Source: an uncultured Holophagales bacterium
Lineage (GTDB): Bacteria; Acidobacteriota; Thermoanaerobaculia; Multivoradales; UBA5704
NCBI GenBank assembly: GCA_963842525.1
Contig: CAWJGT010000003.1
Coordinates: 992,001-1,056,000 of the forward strand
Length of the DNA stretch: 64,000 bases
Reading direction: 5' to 3'
Part shown: positions 60,097-64,000 of the stretch, in pieces
Layout of the letters: the number at the start of each line of letters is the position of its first letter
Numbering within the stretch: the stretch's first letter is position 1
The notes under the pieces: generated by a model
Databases searched by the model: none
What the model was told of the DNA's origin: nothing
Seen by the model: only the letters and a program-made list of their open reading frames with translations
Made by a program: the position numbers and the translations under genes

Positions 60097-60339
60097 CTAT
60101 GGCTTCTCCTCGGAGCTAGCGCACGACCTCGCGGCAGCGACTATTTCATCCAGGCCCGCTCGATCGATGGGCTGTCCGATGGCATTAGCGTGGTGAATCG
60201 CGTCGGTAAGAAGGTCAGTCAACGCAGTCCGCAGGTCGCGGTCGTTGTCGGTGTAGAGTGCTAGAGCCTCTGCCGCTCTCCTGCCCCTGTCTTCCCGATT
60301 TCGCTGTCTGCGCAGCACCGTGGCATCGCCGTCCGCCAT
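60097..60339 (-). CDS. hypothetical protein (phage/ICE-like)
   Basis: RAAEALALY...LTDLLTDAIHHA; operon-like packing with its neighbours. Confidence 0.5.
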   Translation of the reverse strand: MADGDATVLRRQRNREDRGRRAAEALALYTDNDRDLRTALTDLLTDAIHHANAIGQPIDRAGLDEIVAAARSCASSEEKP

Positions 60340-60342
60340 GGA

Positions 60343-60627
60343 TCACCCCCCCTTTCTTTCAATCATATCGTAGAGAGCGCGGTGCTCGCCCATGGCTTCC
60401 GCTTCGTCGGCGGTGTACGCCTTGGGAAGGGAGTGCCGGGCGCCACGCAAGACCATGGCGATCTGGCGGAGCTTGCCGGCGGCACACCGGATCAGCCGCT
60501 GAGCGGCGACTTCGTCGCGGGTCTTGGGTGGGACGGACGAGGACACGACCAGATCAGGACAGATCGGAGGCAGATCCGGACAGGTCGGAATCAGATGTCC
60601 TGAAATTTCCTCTGGGGCGTGTGACAT
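60343..60627 (-). CDS. hypothetical protein, possibly degenerate
   Basis: DEVAAQRLIR...LRGARHSLP helical segment; start uncertain and overlaps the repeat. Confidence 0.35.
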   Translation of the reverse strand: MSHAPEEISGHLIPTCPDLPPICPDLVVSSSVPPKTRDEVAAQRLIRCAAGKLRQIAMVLRGARHSLPKAYTADEAEAMGEHRALYDMIERKGG

Positions 60628-60725
60628 TGGGCTCGCCACGGACGCCTCAGCTACGTCCCCCATCTCCCCCGCTTGCCCTGCCGCGGCAAATCGGCTACAA
60701 CGGCTCCGATTACAGGGAGAGCCTT

Positions 60726-62162
60726 ATGACCGTCTATACCCCGACGACCGCCGAAGCGTTGCGCGACCTCCAGGAGGCGCTCGGCGACCGTATCCTTCTT
60801 GACGACGAGGTCCGGGCCTCGTTCCGTTCCGATTTCGGACGCATGGTCGACCGCCTGCCCGGCGCGGTGGCGCGCTGCGCCAATGCCGAGGAGGTCGCGC
60901 AGGTCGTCCGCTTCTGCCGCGAACGGAAGATCCCGATCGTGGCCCGTAGCCAGGGCCATACCCAGACCGGCCAGGCGACGACCGATGGCGGCGTGCTTGT
61001 GGACACCTCGGCGTTCCGCACCATCCACGAGATCGACGAGGCGGGCGAGACCGCGACCGTCGACGGCGGCGTGGTCTGGCGCGACCTGGTCGTCGCCACC
61101 CTGGAGAAGGGTCTGGTCCCGCGCGTCCTCACCAACAATTTGAACGTGGCGGTCTCCGGCACCTTGTCCATGGCCGGCCTCGGCGTCGCCAGCTTCCGGT
61201 ACGGCACCCAGGCCGACAACGCCGTGGAGCTGGAGGTGGTCACCGGCACGGGCGAGATCGTCATCTGCTCGCGCGAGCAGAACCGGGAGCTGTTCGACGT
61301 CGTGCGCTGCGGCCTCGGCCAGTTCGGCATCATCACCCGGGCCAAGGTGCGGCTGCGGCGGTGCAAATCGATGGTCCGCAAGTACTACCTCCTCTATGAC
61401 GACCTGGGCGTCCTGATGGAAGACCAGAAGATGGTCATGGACCCGGGCAATCCCACGTTCTCGTCGCTGGAGTCGTGGTGCACGCCCTGCTTCCAGGGGA
61501 TCAAGAAGATCGGCGAGGGCATGGAGCTCTGGGAGGGTGTCCAGACGTTCGCCTACTGGATGTATCCGCTCCACCTGACCGTGGACTTCGAGCCGGGGGA
61601 GGAGCCGGACGACGCCGCGGTCCTCGCCGGCCTGCGGCCCTACCGCCACGTCGAGACCTGCGACTACACCCAGCTCGAGTTCTGCCGCCGCATGGAGCCG
61701 GTCTTCGAGCTCTGGCGCCGCGGCGGCTATTGGGCCATGGCCCACCCCTGGACCGAGACCACCTTGCCGTGGGACACCTCCCGCGAGTTCATCGAGACGG
61801 TGCTCGCCGCCACCCCGCCGCAGGCGCTGGGCCCGGGCGGCCACGTCCTCCTCTGGCCGGCCCGCAACGACACCTCGGACGTGCCGCTCTTCATGCACCC
61901 CGGCGGCGAGTACGTGATGGGTTGGGGGATCCTGCCCGGCGTACCGCACGAGTACCTCGACCGCGCCCTGGCCAACCTCGACATGGTCAGCGAGATGTCC
62001 ATCCTCTACGGCGGCAAGCGCTATCTCTCCGGCTTCATCACCTTCAAGACCGCGGAGCAGTGGGCGCAGCACTTCGGCGACCAGTGGCCGCGCGTCCTGG
62101 AGGCCAAGAAGCGGTTCGACCCGGACGGCATCATGAACCCCGGGTTCATCCAGTACGAGTAG
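60726..62162 (+). CDS. cytokinin-dehydrogenase-like FAD oxidoreductase
   Basis: DFG, QGHTQTGQA, GTLS.AG, LEVVTGTGE, GLGQFGIITRA, HPW, KKRFDPDGIMNPG. Confidence 0.88.
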   Translation: MTVYTPTTAEALRDLQEALGDRILLDDEVRASFRSDFGRMVDRLPGAVARCANAEEVAQVVRFCRERKIPIVARSQGHTQTGQATTDGGVLVDTSAFRTIHEIDEAGETATVDGGVVWRDLVVATLEKGLVPRVLTNNLNVAVSGTLSMAGLGVASFRYGTQADNAVELEVVTGTGEIVICSREQNRELFDVVRCGLGQFGIITRAKVRLRRCKSMVRKYYLLYDDLGVLMEDQKMVMDPGNPTFSSLESWCTPCFQGIKKIGEGMELWEGVQTFAYWMYPLHLTVDFEPGEEPDDAAVLAGLRPYRHVETCDYTQLEFCRRMEPVFELWRRGGYWAMAHPWTETTLPWDTSREFIETVLAATPPQALGPGGHVLLWPARNDTSDVPLFMHPGGEYVMGWGILPGVPHEYLDRALANLDMVSEMSILYGGKRYLSGFITFKTAEQWAQHFGDQWPRVLEAKKRFDPDGIMNPGFIQYE

Positions 62163-62169
62163 CAAAGGA

Positions 62170-62193
62170 AAGGGCGGCCGCGTGGCCGCCCTT
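62170..62193. terminator. hairpin between convergent genes
   Basis: AAGGGCGGCC-GCGT-GGCCGCCCTT. Confidence 0.6.
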
Positions 62194-62223
62194 CGTGTTG
62201 GTGTGCTGTGCGGTCCCCGGCGC

Positions 62224-62598
62224 CTACCGGGCGGCCGTGTGCTCGGCGCCGGCCCAGACGGTCTTCACCTCGACGATCTCGAAGGCCGTCCCCTGCCAGC
62301 CGCAGGTGCTGCCGTCAACAACCCGGCCGTAGAGGCGGACGTGCTCGCCCGGCCGCAAGCCGTGGGTGTCGCCCGACAGGGTCCACAGACGGCCGCCGTG
62401 ATCGCGCAGAGCCGGGCACTCCGCGCCCTCGTTGTTCAGGTAACCGTCGATCACCTGCCCCTGTTGCCCCCGGCTTCTGTTGTGCGCGGCCTGCCGGCCC
62501 TGCGCCGGGGCAGCGGCGGTCTCGACGGACATCGCGAGACACGCTGTCAGGAGCAGGACCTGCCCGAGGGCCTTGACGAACGACTTTCCGGCGTTCAT
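62224..62598 (-). CDS. secreted small OB-like (DUF5818-like) protein
   Basis: Signal peptide; GYLNNEGAECPALRDHGGRLWTL.G...GEHVRLYGRV...CGWQG. Confidence 0.7.
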   Translation of the reverse strand: MNAGKSFVKALGQVLLLTACLAMSVETAAAPAQGRQAAHNRSRGQQGQVIDGYLNNEGAECPALRDHGGRLWTLSGDTHGLRPGEHVRLYGRVVDGSTCGWQGTAFEIVEVKTVWAGAEHTAAR

Positions 62599-62607
62599 GG
62601 CACGCCT

Positions 62608-63384
62608 CTAGTTGAACGGCCCGTCGTGGAGGTGGTCGTAGTAGGTCGTCCGGTGCCGGTCGTCGGCCCAGACGGTCCTCACCTCGTGGATGTCGAACGC
62701 CGTCCCCTGCCAGCCGCAGACGCCGCCGTCCACGATGCGGCCGTAGAGCCGCACGTGCTCGCCCGGCTGCAGGCCGCGGGTATTGCCCGCCAGCGCCCAC
62801 AGGCGGCCGTTGTGATCACGCAGGGACAGGCACTCCGAGCCCTCGTTGTTCAGGTAGCCGTCGACGTGGAAGATGTTGGGATCGGCACCACCGCCGCCGC
62901 GGCGCCCGCCGGAGCGATACGGTGTGGCGTAGCGGTTGTCATACCGGTTGTTCCGGTAAGCGTTGCGCTGCCGGATCTCGGCCTGGCGGCGCAGCTCGGC
63001 CTGGCGTTGCAGCTCGAGCTGGCGCTGCTGCTGGAGCCGCAGTTGATTCTGCCGCTGGAGCCGGCCCTGACGCTGCTGCAGCTCAAGCTGGCGCTGTGCC
63101 TGGAGCTGGCGCTGCCGGTCCTGACGGGCGATTTTCTGCCGGATAGCCTGCTGCCGGGCGGCCTTCTGCTGAGCCTGCTGGGCCTTCTGCTGCCGTTGGC
63201 GGGCCTGCGCCTGCTTGCGGGCACCCTTGTTCTGCTTGTCCTTCTTGTCCTTTTTCTCAGCCTTCTCATGCGCAGCCTGCCTGTCGTGTGCGGGCGCAGC
63301 CATCGTATCCATGGGCAGCGCCAGGGACGCCGTCAGGAGCAGGACGGGCGCGAAAACCTTGACGAGCGATTTTCTGGCGTTCAT
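62608..63384 (-). CDS. secreted protein with Q/R-rich coiled coil and DUF5818-like domain
   Basis: Paralog of 62224 with an added QRQLELQ-rich tract; AAGGAGG RBS. Confidence 0.72.
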   Translation of the reverse strand: MNARKSLVKVFAPVLLLTASLALPMDTMAAPAHDRQAAHEKAEKKDKKDKQNKGARKQAQARQRQQKAQQAQQKAARQQAIRQKIARQDRQRQLQAQRQLELQQRQGRLQRQNQLRLQQQRQLELQRQAELRRQAEIRQRNAYRNNRYDNRYATPYRSGGRRGGGGADPNIFHVDGYLNNEGSECLSLRDHNGRLWALAGNTRGLQPGEHVRLYGRIVDGGVCGWQGTAFDIHEVRTVWADDRHRTTYYDHLHDGPFN

Positions 63385-63465
63385 TGCAGTTCCTCCTTGC
63401 TGTGTCGGCCCGGCCTTCCGAGCCGGCGTCCCGCGGCTTCCGCGCGACGCAACTGCCTCGATAAA

Positions 63466-63483
63466 TAGCAAGGGCAGTGCCAA
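63466..63483 (-). promoter_or_regulatory. sigma54 (-24/-12) promoter
   Basis: Minus strand TTGGCAC-TGCCC-TTGCT matches the TGGCAC-N5-TTGC consensus. Confidence 0.75.
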
Positions 63484-63622
63484 TCAGATAAGCGCTTTAC
63501 CTGCAATGACTTCCAGGAAAATTCCCAACTCTGGGCGAGGGGATCGTCCTGTTTCGGAGACAGGCAGTGGACCCGCGGGGGTCGGCAGCGGCCCATCCTC
63601 TTCTGATAGCCTCGCCGGCGTC

Positions 63623-64000
63623 ATGAGCGACGCCCAAAAACCCATCCGGATCCGCATCGCCCACAGCCCCGACTCGGACGATGCGTTCATGTTCTACGCC
63701 CTCACTCACGGGCTGCTCGACGTCTCCGGGCTCCTGATCGAGCACGTGCTGGAGGACATCGAGAGCCTCAACCAGGCGGCGTTCGAGGGGACCTACGACA
63801 TCACCGCCCTCTCGTTCCATGGCTATGCCCATCTCGCCGACCGGTACCAGCTCATGCCGTCGGGAGCGAGCTTCGGGGACGGCTATGGTCCGGTCGTGGT
63901 CTCCCGCCAGTCCCTCGGCCGCGCCGACCTCGTGGGATGCCCGGTGGCGATCCCCGGCAAGCTGACCACCGCCCACCTGGCCCTGCGCCTCTGGCAGCCC
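63623..64000 (+). CDS. mqnD: 1,4-dihydroxy-6-naphthoate synthase (MqnA/MqnD family); runs off the window end
   Basis: AHSPDSDDAFMFYAL, DIESLN, GASFGDGYGPVVV, VAIPGKLTTAHL. Confidence 0.85.
   Translation, partial: MSDAQKPIRIRIAHSPDSDDAFMFYALTHGLLDVSGLLIEHVLEDIESLNQAAFEGTYDITALSFHGYAHLADRYQLMPSGASFGDGYGPVVVSRQSLGRADLVGCPVAIPGKLTTAHLALRLWQP

Overview
GC-rich bacterial chromosomal segment. Gene content (ADOP-type permease, large CHAT-TPR proteins, ECF/zf-HC2 pair, XRE-HTH-TPR regulators) suggests Acidobacteriota, probably Thermoanaerobaculia-like; this is an inference. Several genes are split by 1-2 nt indels, most likely long-read or assembly errors. Housekeeping anchors are ahcY behind a clear SAH riboswitch, a class II DAHP synthase, mqnD, and a STAS/asparaginase/rhodanese cluster. 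The rest is accessory: two type II TA modules, four tandem paralog pairs (M23 and M23-CapA, ABC ATPase plus permease-M1 aminopeptidase, M12B-IPT proteases, DUF5818-like), a CHAT-TPR protein, a CHAT-TIR-STAND-TPR protein, many gene remnants, REP doublets and 21-bp periodic arrays. Top candidate for an undescribed system (51.5-54.3 kb): a secreted ~100-aa prepropeptide with three G-C-x-I-D-P-L-G-(x)-C repeats and its own terminator, converging on an HTH-TPR regulator and flanked by an HTH-only paralog and a small HxxxCxxC protein. This resembles RRNPP-type peptide signalling, here with possibly disulfide-cyclised signals. Also notable are a direct-repeat-bounded island with degenerate attC sites and HEPN-like and PD-(D/E)XK-like cassettes (16.15-18.9 kb), and a nested IS186-like MITE carrying a REP doublet (36.3-36.6 kb). 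No rRNA, tRNA, CRISPR array, transposase or integrase was recognised.
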